In this document: piece after piece, positions 38,341-50,543 of the stretch
Layout: each line of letters opens with the position of its first letter
Numbering within the stretch: the first letter of the stretch is position 1
Assembly (NCBI RefSeq): GCF_018350175.1
Contig: NC_058368.1
Coordinates: 198,402,001-198,466,000 of the forward strand
DNA from: Felis catus
Lineage: Eukaryota
Reading direction: 5' to 3'
DNA length: 64,000 nt
Program-made: the position numbers and the translations under genes
The notes under the pieces: generated by a model
What the model was told of the DNA's origin: nothing
What the model saw: the letters and a program-made list of their open reading frames with translations, nothing else
The model's database searches: none

Positions 38341-38525
38341 AAGTTTATTTATTTGAGAGAGAAAGAGTGCATGCAGGGGAGGGGCAGAGAGAGAGGGAAC
38401 TAGGGAATCCCAAGCAGGCTCCATACCATCAGCACAGAGCCAGGCTCAAACTCACAAACTGTGAGATCATGACCTGAGCCCAAATCAAGAGTCGGACACA
38501 ACCAACTGAGCCATCCAGGAGCCCC
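38341..38525 (-). mobile_element. Can-SINE
   Basis: Antisense SINE; 12-bp TSD tattttctcttt. Confidence 0.9.
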
Positions 38526-41500
38526 TATTTTCTCTTTTACTCAAGGTATAGCCTATAAAATATTGTTCTGCTCTTTTTTTTCTTGAAAAAATTCCATATT
38601 GGTATATAAAGAGCCTTCTTGTCTTTTGTTTTTAAACAACTGACACCTACAGCTTTTAATCCTTCAGATAACTATGCAATTTATCATGAAATCACTTGTC
38701 AGCAAGAGTACCTAAAAGGCCAAATTTTCTTTTTTCGTGGATCTCAGAATAGGAGCCATTAAAAAGCAACATTTTTCAAGAAAGCCCTATTTCTGGGATT
38801 ACAGATTTCACTCTCCCTGTAAATACTTTGGTTCAGATGAAGAACATAAGCCCGTGGACTTGACAGCGTCCCCCAGGTGCAGCCGGGGGAAGATGTGGCT
38901 GGCCCCTGCTAACTCCAGTTGGCTCACAAAGCAGTTCACAAAGGGACCAGGTGATAAAGAATGATCAAAACTAGACTCGGGATGCCAACACATTACACTG
39001 AAACACCATCGGTTTTAGGCTGAATCTAATTTGCTACATCCTAACCTGTTCTTTTTTTTTCAAGATTTTTCTCCCCAAGGGAACCATTCTGAATCAAAAA
39101 CAAAAATTGTATTTTCTAAAACTGCTAGGTTGAACAAAAGCAGAACCAAGTGGCCTGATCAAACTTGGTCTAGGCCAGTATTTTATTTGATTCAGGGCAT
39201 GGTTACTTCAACAGCCACCCAGAGGCATTAAATTCAACTTCCCAGACTGAATGCATTGACCATCAGTTAGAAATGTCTGTCAGGGGCACGAGGTCAGGGC
39301 TGAGATACTAAACACTGAGCATGCTGCCCTCAGAGTCCTAGGCGTAAAGTTCCTGTTTTTAAGGTGTGAAAGCAGCAGGCGTCAGTATAATCGCGATTCA
39401 TCTGGTGAACAAAAACAGAATTCTGAGCTGTCCCCGGCAGATATTTCTGGTAAGAGCTCCAGGACAACTTTCTAAACCTACTGGTAGTTAGCTCTTTGGG
39501 ACCAAGTGGAGAGCGGTATTGAAAAGAGGTTCCCCCTGGAGAGCTGAGCTCCTCACCACCCTAACAGGAGGAATTTGAGGAGTCTGGAAAGTGGTGAAGT
39601 AGGCTTCTAGGCGGAATATGCCAGGACGCTGTATGAGGGTTCTGGGAGCAGGAACCCAGAGAGGGGTCTGGACCTGGGGCCGGGCTGCATGGGGGCAGAG
39701 CGAGCCAAAGCAGGTAGAAGGTGGAAGAGCTGTGCCGAAGGCAGGATCTCCTACCTGAGAGCCACGTGTGGATTCCTCAGTTCTCCACAGCAGAGCTGAT
39801 ATGGCTAATGGCTAAAATTCTAACGGCTAAAATCCATCTTACCCCTTCTCACATCCTCACGGAGGATCTTTATTGTTCTTACACTTGGCATGCCTTGGGC
39901 TCAGGGATTTTTGTCACTCAATTCTCACAAGATTTCTGTGAAGGGGATACTATATCCCACTGCAGATAGAAAACGGTCACAGAGAGATTGACTAGCTCAA
40001 GGTCACACAGTGTCTGGGAACGTGGCTATCATCATTAAGTACCTACTTGTAGAATTTTTGTCACTTCCCATGTTTGTTATTTAAAAAGGGAGGACTGAGA
40101 AGTGGTTGAGGACTTTACATACTTGTTAATCTAATACTCTCAATAATTTGATAAAGTCTAAGTAGGCCTATCCTACCCTTGAGGAAACTGAGGCTCAGAG
40201 GCGAGTTGGGTAAGCTGAGGTCTTTCGGAGTGGAGAAGCTAGGCTGTGACCCCTGGCATCGCCTCTCTTACTGTAATGCTGGGTCAACTTCCCCACTGTG
40301 CTTGCAGATAAGTCCACTGACTCAGCAGTTATGAAGCCCTAAGAGACATTTCCTGGAGCAACTGAAAAGTTAAACCTCTATTCAAATAAGGTCTGATGCA
40401 TCTGGGCCCTCAAAGTTAGAGAGCATTTCCAGATAGGCTTATGGGGCTCACAGAAACAGAACACCATGTTTTCTAAGTCCTTTTGAAGGTAGCTTCACAA
40501 TTGGAGCTCGGGACAATTGGCCTTGTCCTAGGCAGACTTCTGGTACAAATTCACCCGAGGAAGTTAAACTGTTCTCAACCCATGTAGGCCCCTATAGCAG
40601 TTTTGGAAGCTCCATCTCTGCCACAGGCATGATGGGATTGAGACATTCTGGGAATAGAGCCAAGCGGGGAACTTGTGATCCCTAGAAAGGCTGTAGACAT
40701 GACCCAATCCCAGATTCACTGCCCCCCCCAAGCTCAGACACCTGGGACAGAGGTAGACATTTGGCTGGTTTCTCCAGGTTTCCTGCTCCTAGGTCCCTAG
40801 CATAGCATCCTTCTGTACTCTGCCCAGAAGTCTATTCCATCACTTCCCAGGCCTTCCTGCATGCAGCATTCTGTTGCTGCTACTTGTGACCAAGCAGAAC
40901 TTGCCACAGCTAACTGTGACCCTGGCCAACTGGAATTAAACATTTGACATTAGTTCCTATGGTTCTGCCAAGGCCATTTTTATGGCAACTGAAACCTGTT
41001 TATGTTTGCACAGAGGTGCAGTTAGAGAGAGGGGAAACCATTGGGTTTTGGTTCCTTTTCTTCTTTCCCTTAATATCACTAGGGAAACATTAATACCTTG
41101 CCTGCTTCCCCCATTGAGACAGAGCAGAGCGGTGCATCGACAGCCAGTGACGCAGTGACCGGACCACAGACTCTCATCTTTCCCAACAGAAATGACTCCA
41201 AAAAGGAGACTTTCTAAGCCTCCCTTTGCGCCTTCGAGCCCAGGGCACAAAGAGCAGAATCCCTGTCAGTCCAGCAGTGGGTGGGGACCTGGAAAGTGTT
41301 GGGGTTCCTGAAAAGCAGGGAAATGGCATCCAATGTAATCCAGTTTAAATTAGCATTGGCTTAAGACAGATCCCCATCTGACTCTCGGCTCCATCACTCA
41401 GTTGATGTAATCTTGGGCAAAAGATACGAGGTATCTCTGATCCTTTTCATTAATCTATGAACAGGAGATGGAATCTCCAGGTTTATTGTTGAGGACTACC

Positions 41501-42256
41501 AGATGAAGTCCATATTGAGAGGTCCCAACCATTTCCTTTCTTCCCTCACACACACTTGCAGAGAACCCATCCCACCACCAATCCCACAGGTGATGTGTCC
41601 AGCTTGGGTCAGGTGTCCCCCACTGGCCTAAGGAACCCAAATAGATGTCTGGGCCATTTTAGACATACTGGAAGATACTGAGAAAGCCAAGCCACGGGAA
41701 GGGAAAAAAAGAATAAAACAGACTCATAAAGAAAAGAAGTTGACAGATTACAAACCCCGCATAGAATGCAAGCTTAGTTCCAGAGGGGACTTTGGCCTCA
41801 TGTGGGATTCACCAGGTCCCTGTACTCATCCATGATCCTTTACATCTTGAATTAGGATGGTTTCAGCTAGCCTCTTTCTGGAAACCAACACAACAGACCC
41901 CAAGAGAGTGTGTGAATTACTTTACTCACGCACTTATTAGGTATGTGTCAGACTCACAGTCGCTATTATTTCAAAATGATTCACTCACCGTTTACTGCTA
42001 TGTGCTTAATAGTTACATAAGATACTAACAGAAGCAGACCCAGTGGGACGACAGGGATGGCTTAGGGTTTTAAACTAGTCAAACTAGCTAGTTTCACAGA
42101 CATTTTCTATGACGGGCACAGATGGAAGCTTAAGACCATGAACACCCTCTTCTATTTTTCTGTATAAGTCTTTCACATTAAGTAAATGCCTCCTTAACTA
42201 CTGGAGAAAAGATAATTATAATATTCCACTGAAGCTTAGAAATAAAGCAAACTTTG

Positions 42257-42262
42257 TTTATT
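42257..42262 (-). terminator. Distal polyadenylation signal AATAAA of SNX18
   Basis: tttatt on the plus strand near the end of the AT-rich UTR-like block, with TGTA upstream and AT/T-rich sequence downstream on the minus strand. Confidence 0.6.
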
Positions 42263-42707
42263 TCTTTAAAAGATAAGGACTGATCTGTACTAATCATAAC
42301 ATTTTGAAGGAAAAAAAATGTTCGACACTTTTAGTCTATAAATAACTAATACCCTAATTTTTACTTCTTCTGTTAGCCAAAGAGAAGGCTGCAAACGAGA
42401 AAACTGGATAATGCTTATTGATTTAAAAGTACCAGACATGGTTATTTGTTTCTGAGGAACTGAAAAGCTAAGTGGAAAAAAAAAATGCCTATAGCAACGA
42501 GCTTGGTAAAGAATGACATTTAAAGGTTGACACATAAATTTTACATGCTTGACTTGACAGACTACATTTTTCAAGTCCTTAATTATGAGAACAGCAGCAA
42601 AACTTAAGACAATTAAAAACCAGCACTGAAGAATCTGCTGTGTTGTTACAAATACACGTAGGACATCTGTGTCAGTGAAGCCCAAAAAACGAATCTATTC
42701 TCAACGA

Positions 42708-42948
42708 CAGGAAAACCTCAGATTGCGAGTAACTCATTCTGCGAGTGTTTCACAAGACAAGCAAACATTCCTAATAAACTTTAACTTGATAAATGAGTGA
42801 TGTCTTGCAATATGAGTAGTCCGTGATGCTGAATGACACATGCTCACCACTGAGTCAATGGTTCTTGAAATTTGCTTTGATATACAAGTGCTCTGGATTA
42901 CAAGCATATTTCTGGAATGAATCCTGCTCGTAAACCAAGGTTTAACTG
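42708..42948. mobile_element. Tc1/mariner (Tigger-like) non-autonomous DNA transposon (MITE), about 241 bp
   Basis: Imperfect terminal inverted repeats CAGGAAAACCTCAGATTGCGAG and (reverse complement) CAGTTAAACCTTGGTTTACGAG, 16/22 identical. TA follows the right end and there is no ORF. Confidence 0.7.
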
Positions 42949-43247
42949 TACTGCTCTATTTAAGCCAAAGTGCACGGACTCTTGTTTCACTTTCAAACGT
43001 GTTCCCTCGTTCTGGGTTTACACTGTGCCTTTAGGTACAACAGACTGGGCGAATAATGGGGGCTGTATATAATGCACGGCTGCAAAACCAGTCTCACTGC
43101 ATGACAATTACAGCACATCAACAAGTCCGTCTGTAATTAGAATAGCAAAACCAGCTCAGGCGGACACCCTCATGTCATAAATACATCACGTATCGAAATT
43201 ATAAATTATAGAAATAAAGACAAATAATGGCATGAAGGGCATGATAG

Positions 43248-43253
43248 TTTATT
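43248..43253 (-). terminator. Alternative (more proximal) polyadenylation signal AATAAA
   Basis: Minus strand reads AATAAACTATCATGCCCTTCATGCCA followed by U-rich TTATTTGTCTTTATTTC, with TGTA upstream. Confidence 0.55.
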
Positions 43254-44686
43254 TTTTAAAAAATTGTACCACACTGATCATAATGACCAGCATACACATT
43301 ATGATGGCTTTTCTCTTGGGTATTAACATTGCAGTATTTTTGTATACTGAAATGTTTCAATAGGACCAAGAACGTTAGAGAAATAAAGATCTTAGATGAA
43401 AATGAACACTAATAATTCTGGTGTCCTACCCCACAGAATTCATTTAAACCCCTTATGAATCAGTGGCATTATAATGTTATGTAGTTATGAAGAACAAAAG
43501 TTCTCTTCTAAGTAGGCAGCATGAACTTATACCTCCTTGTACTTTAATTTTTAGTTTTTATAATTTAAGCTATGTCCACCCTGGCTAAAGCACAATCATA
43601 ACAAGACACCTCAGATAATTTCCATGCTACCACTGCACATCTTTAGTGATTTTACTTAAAAAAAAAAAAAAAAAAAAAAAAAGAATCAAACCACCATCAA
43701 AATAAAGAGGCAAATAAAACTGATTTTCAAATCATTTGAAAAGCATAGTGCTTATCTGTCCAATACAGACTCAGATTTAAATTAAATGCTATAATTATAA
43801 TCTCCAAACTTCTGCAATAAAATTAACATAGATATATGGGTTTTTTTTTTTTTATAGAACTATATTTTGCAATCAACAGGATAAAGTTACTTTTTAGAGA
43901 ACAATATATTTGGTTACAATTCCACAATTCCACATATCTGTAATAGAAACAAAGCCACATGATGTTAAATCTGGCTCTAAGTTACCTAAGGTATAAAAAT
44001 TTCATCAAAATTACAACACTCTGATCTTAAAAATTCAACCCATATGAGATTATTTTTTTAGAATAAATGTGCTGTTGAGTAATTATTTCAATGACCGTTT
44101 CTTTTTTGAGTGTCTGAAAACTGACCCTGTCTTTTTTAATCAGTGTGACTCACCAATATTTCAAATTGACCTCTTTACTTCTGTGTTACCATTTCAATAT
44201 CCAGGGATTTGTGAGGCAGCATAAGTTTGACTTCATAAAAACAGTAGATACTTTGACCTTTCAGTGACACTTTTTCAATCTGTAAACTCAAGAATCACAT
44301 TATTTATAGCTCAGCAACTATAAAAACATGGAGATTTTGGCATTGGAAGCCAGAATCTCTTTGTGCTTTTTAAATTAAGCTGCTTTTGAATCTTTTTGGT
44401 ATTTATCAGCCATTCATATTTCCCTTATAATAATAGAAGAATATATTTAAAATAATTTTTAAGGTTAAATGTCCTGGGGGCTTACAATATGAAAAAAAAA
44501 AACAATTTTTTTTTTCCTTCAGCATTTGGAATAGTAATTATTTCTGGTCCCTCCTTAGATCAACCAACGCTACTTTCAATCACGTATAACACTGAATTTT
44601 ACAGACATCCCTGAAAAGTTTTTGATTAAGTAAACGAGTGAATCACAGTGGAGTCTCAATCAGTTAACAGTGTAGATCATTAAAAA

Positions 44687-44692
<6 letters not shown>

Positions 44693-44718
<26 letters not shown>
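44693..44718. repeat. (CA)n microsatellite in the SNX18 3' UTR, read as (UG)n in the mRNA
   Basis: About 13 AC units. Confidence 0.9.
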
Positions 44719-45679
44719 TGAATATTAAAATCTTCAAGATAAAAAAAAAAGAAAGAAAAGAAAACCCTCTTAAGAATTAAACCAGGTATGTGTCATCACT
44801 GATTCTGTGCTTGTGTCCCCAACTGATTAGACTCCTCCTTCTCTGTGTTATAAGACATGTTGGTTTCGATCTCCACGCCAAGTTTCTAGGACACTTGCGT
44901 GAAGAGGCTATGCTACTACAGCATCTAAGGAACAGAGTGGCACCATTTTATTCCCTAATAGACTTCATATTCCAAGATGAGCATCAGGTCTCCCTCGGTT
45001 GCCCTCACCAGCGTGTGTCGGGAGACAAAACTTGCCAGGCAAACTGATGACAGCTGACCGCCCACCCCGCCCCCAGCGCCAAAATGAGGTTACCAACAGG
45101 TTTGTCATTGTATGCACTGGCCTTTCACTCTTTCAATCAAGAAAAGTTGTGGTTACTTACAAAAAAAAAAAAAAAAAAAGGGAGGGGGTGGAGAAATGAA
45201 AAACCAAGAGTTTAAAGGCACAAAGTCGCATAGCTGCTCTAGTTGGAGTTTGTAAACAGAGAATAGGTTGAATTTAGGTAATCCCAATCTATGAGAGTAA
45301 AAAGGCATCCGCAGCAGGCTTTTATCCAGCCAGCTTCTTTGAGACCCTTCATGGGTTTTGAGGTCTACAAAGTATGCACTAAAATACCCATACTTCAAAA
45401 AGCAATAAGGCAAATAGTATAATCATTATTCCAAAAGTTACAATGGTAGTGTAGGCATACATAGTATAATTTAGTTACAATGTGTGGTACTGTTTCTATT
45501 ATATAACCATATTAACTGTTTCTTTCCTACGTAATTATATATTCAGCAGAGCTTCAGTTGAACACAAAACCATCCTTGTACCACCACTGATAGTTGGCAA
45601 TAGCTCTTTGATAGCAGTTTTTATTCTGCTGTAGAAATATCCTTGAACTGAAAAAAGTCCACAACCCAATGTCCAGTCA

Positions 45680-45933
45680 TTAAACACTATCATATTTGTG
45701 AAGAGCTTCTTCCAACTTCTGTGTCACTTTTTGGAAAAATATTATTTGCTGTTGTAAGAAATGCTGCATCTGTGATTTAAAGTCTCTTACTCGAATTTGA
45801 TGGAAGTGGTGAATTTCAGCCAAAGTGGCAAAAGAAATAGTGTTACAGCGATCTTGAATGCCATCAGCCTTTTGGACCTCCATTTTCCCTTCTTCCACGT
45901 GTCGCCTACTCTCCTTTACTTTGGTAAGAGCTC
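45680..45933 (-). CDS. SNX18: Terminal coding exon of sorting nexin 18 (C-terminal part of the BAR domain); phase-1 start
   Basis: Translation (G)ALTKVKESRRHVEEGKMEVQKADGIQDRCNTISFATLAEIHHFHQIRVRDFKSQMQHFLQQQIIFFQKVTQKLEEALHKYDSV* matches the mammalian SNX18 C-terminus as I recall it. It is preceded by a T22 tract and TACAG acceptor (AG at 45935-45934) and ends in TAA at 45682-45680. The N-terminal part of the listed ORF (to 46033) is intronic. Confidence 0.95.
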
Positions 45934-45989
45934 CTGTAGTTAAAAAAAAAAAAAAAAAAAAAATTAAATACACACACACACACACACAC
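45934..45989 (-). promoter_or_regulatory. 3' splice site: (TG)10-ATTTAA-T22-AACTACAG
   Basis: Plus strand shows an A22 run at 45942-45963 and (AC)10 at 45970-45989 next to the exon boundary. Confidence 0.85.
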
Positions 45990-46749
45990 GCATATCCTAA
46001 CAACATAGCTACATAGCAAACAGACTCCTGCATTATAAATACTTGCCTACACTATTTCAAGTCTTTTGGAACTTAAAGGGATGAGTGTTATTACTTATTA
46101 AAAACAAAGGAACCTGATAGGGTTACTGAAAACACCACCGTTGCTGCAATTTCACTTCTCAAAACTAGCACCTGCCATTGACCAAGTACCTATAACAGGT
46201 TTCATCTCTTCCAGGGAGAGACACTATACAGAACAGATAATAAACTGCAAGTAATGGTCTCTAAAAATACAAACCAAGAAATTGCGATTTTCATTTAAGA
46301 GAAAGGGTGTGACACCATTGCACACAAATATATTAAGAAAGCTATCTATAAACACAATGCCCCACAGAAGATGCAAATCTACTTCCTCAGAAAGTCTCAC
46401 TGAAGAGATACCGTATAAGACCCTAGAACCACACTCTGAAACTTGTTAGTGCCAATTTGGGTTGTATTTTAGAAATTATTCATGTCATGAAGGGGACTTG
46501 GAAATGCGGACAGCGTACAACTGGAGGCCACCCTCACTGGGGCTGGCCAAACCTGTGTCTTATTGGCAATGAGGGCGCCATTCCGTGTTCTATCAGGAGA
46601 CCCACACCTGGAACATGAGGCCTGTGAAGTAAGAATTTGCCACCTTTTCTTCAGGGCTGTAAGGACCAATGAGTTTTGAGTCTGCCCTAATGATGATCTG
46701 GGAATGAAGCCAGAGGAGTCATAGCCTCTTGTCAAGAAATGTCACCAGA

Positions 46750-46979
46750 GGAGCACCTGGGTGGCTCAGTCAGTTGAGCATCTGACTTTGGCTGGGGTCA
46801 TGATCTCACCGTTAGTGAGTTCAAGCCCCGTACTGGGCTCTGTGCTGACAGCTCAGAGCCTGGAGCCTGCTTCAGATTCTGTGTCTCCCTCTCTCTCTGT
46901 CCCTCTGCCACTTGTGCTCTCTCTCTTTCTCTCTCAAAAATAAACATTAAAAAAATTAAAATTAAAAAAAAAAAAAAAA
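46750..46979 (+). mobile_element. Can-SINE, antisense to SNX18
   Basis: SINE head, CT region and A tail; TSD gaaatgtcac(c/t)aga. Confidence 0.93.
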
Positions 46980-49004
46980 GGAAATGTCACTAGAGTATGT
47001 ACAAGGGAGAAGGAAGGGGACGATCACTCTGGCAGGTGCCATGTGAAGACACAAAAAGCCAAGGATATTTAAGGGTAGGAAACAAAGGACCTTCATGGGT
47101 TCTTGGAAAAGAATGATGATCAAGTTCACATCATTTGCTCATGGCCACCTCAGGAATTCAGCCTTCCTGGCTCCATCTAGCACTTACTCTACTAAACCAT
47201 GACGAAGGATGAGAGAGAAACCTCTAGCACACCTGGCTGGGCAGTCTTCACCATGATGACACCAAGGGGGACAAAAGAAGGGAGCCTGTTTAGGAGGAGG
47301 TAGGAAAGCTGAGGAATTCTGTTTCAGAAATATTCAGTTTTAGCTAATGATGAAATACACAAGGGGAAAAGCCCTGTTTCTAAACTTCTTCAAATCTCCT
47401 AAATAATAGAGTTAAACCTAGCATTACATAAAACCCTTGGAGGGTAAACAGTGTGTTTGTTTTGGGGGAATTTTTTGACACAGCTCAAAGACCCGAGAAA
47501 TTAAAACGCACCGACAAGTGTCACACATACATATGCAGGTATGTGTATACCTTTTCATTTATTTATTCTACACGAGGTCTTTAAGTGAAAAGCAGTAAAG
47601 ACCCCACTTAACCCCATGGCAGAGACGAGGGGTCTCCTCTGTAGAGAGAAGTCATGGGCATTAACACGGCTTCAATTCCACCTGACCAATTCCACCAGGA
47701 AGCCGTCCCTTTAAAGTGTGGCACTTTTCACTCTTCTGCCGTTGCCCCCCGGCAGGGGAGCAAAGCCATAAAATCCGCCTGCTTGTCATTTGTATCAAAG
47801 AGAAAGAACTCCTCCCCATAAAAGAGAAAGAAATCATTTTTCATAGCAAATTTATCTTTCTTGTATGTGTCCATCTCTCACAAGTTACATACAAAAACTG
47901 AAGTGGAAAAGACCAGGAAAGCATAATGAGACAGAATTAAAGGAAACATTTTTTAACAAGATGACTGAGAATATGAAATTATGAAATGCATGTTTAAAAT
48001 GGCGAAGAGAGAGAGATAGAGAAAACAGGAAGTTAAGAGAAAAGTCTCAGGTAATTTGACTATTTTATGATGATTCCACTCGCAGGTGCCCAAGCCCACT
48101 GGGCACACACCAAGGACACGCAGCATCCTACCCTGTGCCTCCGTGACATGTCTGTGTACATGCTGCCACACTGGTAATATGCTCCAAGGATCACTCGTTC
48201 TAGTCATCAGAGCCTGCAGAGTAGAGCCCTGCATATGGGGGCTCCAAAGCCTGGCCCAGAGCTGGGTGAATGTCCAACTCTAAATGACAACCATATTCTT
48301 AGAAACTACCCCCATGATACGACATTGCACATCGCGCATCTCTAAAAACCAACTTAAAAGAGAATGAGTCTCAAGTGTTTGCAATTTATCACATGGGCAT
48401 ACATTTTCAAAACTCCTGGACCCAACAGCAAGTATTAAATCTTGCTGAGGCCTAAGGACCTTTTGCCATTTAACACCTTTAAGTGTTTTAAGTGTACATC
48501 CTGAAAGAGCCAACGGGAATTTAAGACTCGTTTTTCTCCCAATTATCAATTTAGTAAGTCACACAAATGTTCCTACCTTCAAGTCCCAAAAGGCTCAGCT
48601 CTGGGGCAAGGATTTGATTTGTTTAACAAATGTTTATGAAGGACCTGATATCTACAGAGCACATTGCTAAAACAGAGAGATTCAAACATTTCAGCATCAA
48701 GTCCCTGCCCTCCCTCCCTTCCTTCTCAAGGAAGCCACCTGGCAAAGCCCACGGAGGACAGGCACACAACCAGGACATGAAGTGAAACAGGACCACAAAG
48801 TATGTAATTCTGCATGGGAGTTAAATATGTCTTTCTCAAGATAACATGTGAAATCGTGTCACGAGGGAAAATGCTCAGAGGGCCTACTACATGCCAGGCA
48901 CTGTGCTGAGGACAAGGTTGGGCATGGGAAGTTGGCAGGAAAACAGGTATATGAAAACAATAAATAGTAGCTTCCCAAACCAGCAAATAATATATGCTAA
49001 GCAT

Positions 49005-50128
49005 TATTTTAAAATTTGTATGGAACCACAAAAGACCCCAAATAGCCAAAGCAATCTTGAAAAAGAAGAACAAAGCTGGATATACCACAATCCCAGATTT
49101 CAAGACATACTAAAGCTGTAGTAATCAAGAGAGTCTGGTACTGGCATAAAAATATTCACATAGGTCAAAAGAACAGAATAGAGTCCAGAAATAAACTCAC
49201 ATTTTTATGGTCAATTAATCTATCACAAAGGAGGCAAGAATTTACAATGGGAAAAAGACAACAGTGTTGGGAAAACTAGACACCAAAACAATGAGACCGG
49301 ACCACTTTCTTACAGCATAAACAAAAATAAACTCAAAATGGACTAAAGACCTAAATGTGAGACATGAAACCATAAAATTCCTAGGGAAAAAAAAAAAACA
49401 CAGGCAGTAATTTCTTTGACATCTGTCAAAAAATTTTCTAGATATGTCTTCTCTAGCAAGGGAAACAAAAGCAAAATTAAACTGTGACTATACCAAAATA
49501 AAAAGTTTTTGCACAGCAAAGGAAACCATCAACACAAAAAAACAACCTCCTGAATGAGATAAAATACTTGCAAATGATATATCTGATAAGGGGTTAATAT
49601 CCAAAATATATAAAGAATTTCTACAACTCAACACCAAAAAATTAAATAATCCAATTAAAAATGGGCAGAGGACCTAAACATTTTCCCAAAGAAGTGTAGA
49701 TGTCCAACAGACACATGAAAAGATGCTCAACATCACTAATCATCAGGGGAAATGCAAATTAAAATCACAATGAAATATCACTTCATCTGTCAGAATGGCT
49801 AAAACCAAAAACACAAGAAATAACAAGTATTGGTAAGGATGTGATGAAAAGGGAACCCTTTTCTTGGAAGGAATGCAAGGTAGGAACCTTGGTGGAATGC
49901 AAATTGGTGTAGCTACTGTTGAAAATAGTATGGAGGTCCCTCAAAAAATTAAAAATAGAATTACCATATGAGCCAGTAATTCTACTACTGGGTATTTGCC
50001 CAAAGCAAATGAATACACTAATTTGAAAAGATATATGCACCCTTATGTTTACTGCAGTATTATTTACAATGGCCAAGATATGGAAGCAACCCAAGTGCCC
50101 TCGAGAGAATGGATTAAAAAGATGTGTG

Positions 50129-50174
<46 letters not shown>

Positions 50175-50540
50175 GAATATTACTCAGCCATAAAAAAAAA
50201 TAATGAAATCTTGCCATCTGCAATAATATGGATGAAGAAGGTATAATGCTAAGTGAAATAAGTCAGAGAGACACAAATACCGTATGCCTTCACTCACACA
50301 TAGAATTTAAGAAACAAAACAAAGGGAAAAAAGAGACAAACAAAACAGCCTCTCAAATACAAAGAACAAACTGGTGGTTACCAGAGGGGAGGTGGGTGGT
50401 GAGGATGTTCAGGTGAAGGGGATCAAGAGTACACTTATCTTGATGAGCACTCAGTAATGTACAGAATTCTGAATCTCTACGTTGTACACCTGACACTAAT
50501 GTAACACTGTATATTAATTATATTTGTATAAAAAATATAT
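49005..50540 (+). mobile_element. L1 (carnivore) 3' fragment of about 1.5 kb, ORF2 frameshifted, antisense to SNX18
   Basis: Encodes [24 protein letters not shown] (L1 ORF2) from about 49009, continues with decayed ORF2 and 3' UTR; (CA)n inserted at about 50130-50170. Confidence 0.9.
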
Positions 50541-50543
50541 ATA

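Larger units (their letters stand above)
42240..45679 (-). other. SNX18: SNX18 3' UTR (long form, approximate end)
   Basis: AT-rich stretch directly after the stop codon with no SINE or L1, containing U-tracts and AATAAA hexamers at 45620-45625, 43248-43253 and 42257-42262 on the minus strand. The cleavage site is inferred. Confidence 0.7.

Noticed and set aside
42081..42094. 14-bp palindrome aaactagctagttt downstream of the distal poly(A) signal
   Set aside because: Within chance expectation, with no functional context.
43841..43853. A13 run on the mRNA strand as a possible transcript end
   Set aside because: It is genome-encoded, so it would cause oligo-dT internal priming artefacts rather than mark a real poly(A) site.
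45934..46033. N-terminal MQESVCYV...FFFFFFLTT part of the SNX18-containing ORF
   Set aside because: It is a translation of the intronic (TG)n and poly(T) tract; the real exon starts at 45933.
49783..50416. ORFs of 146, 65 and 62 aa
   Set aside because: Sense and antisense frames of decayed L1 ORF2 and 3' UTR.
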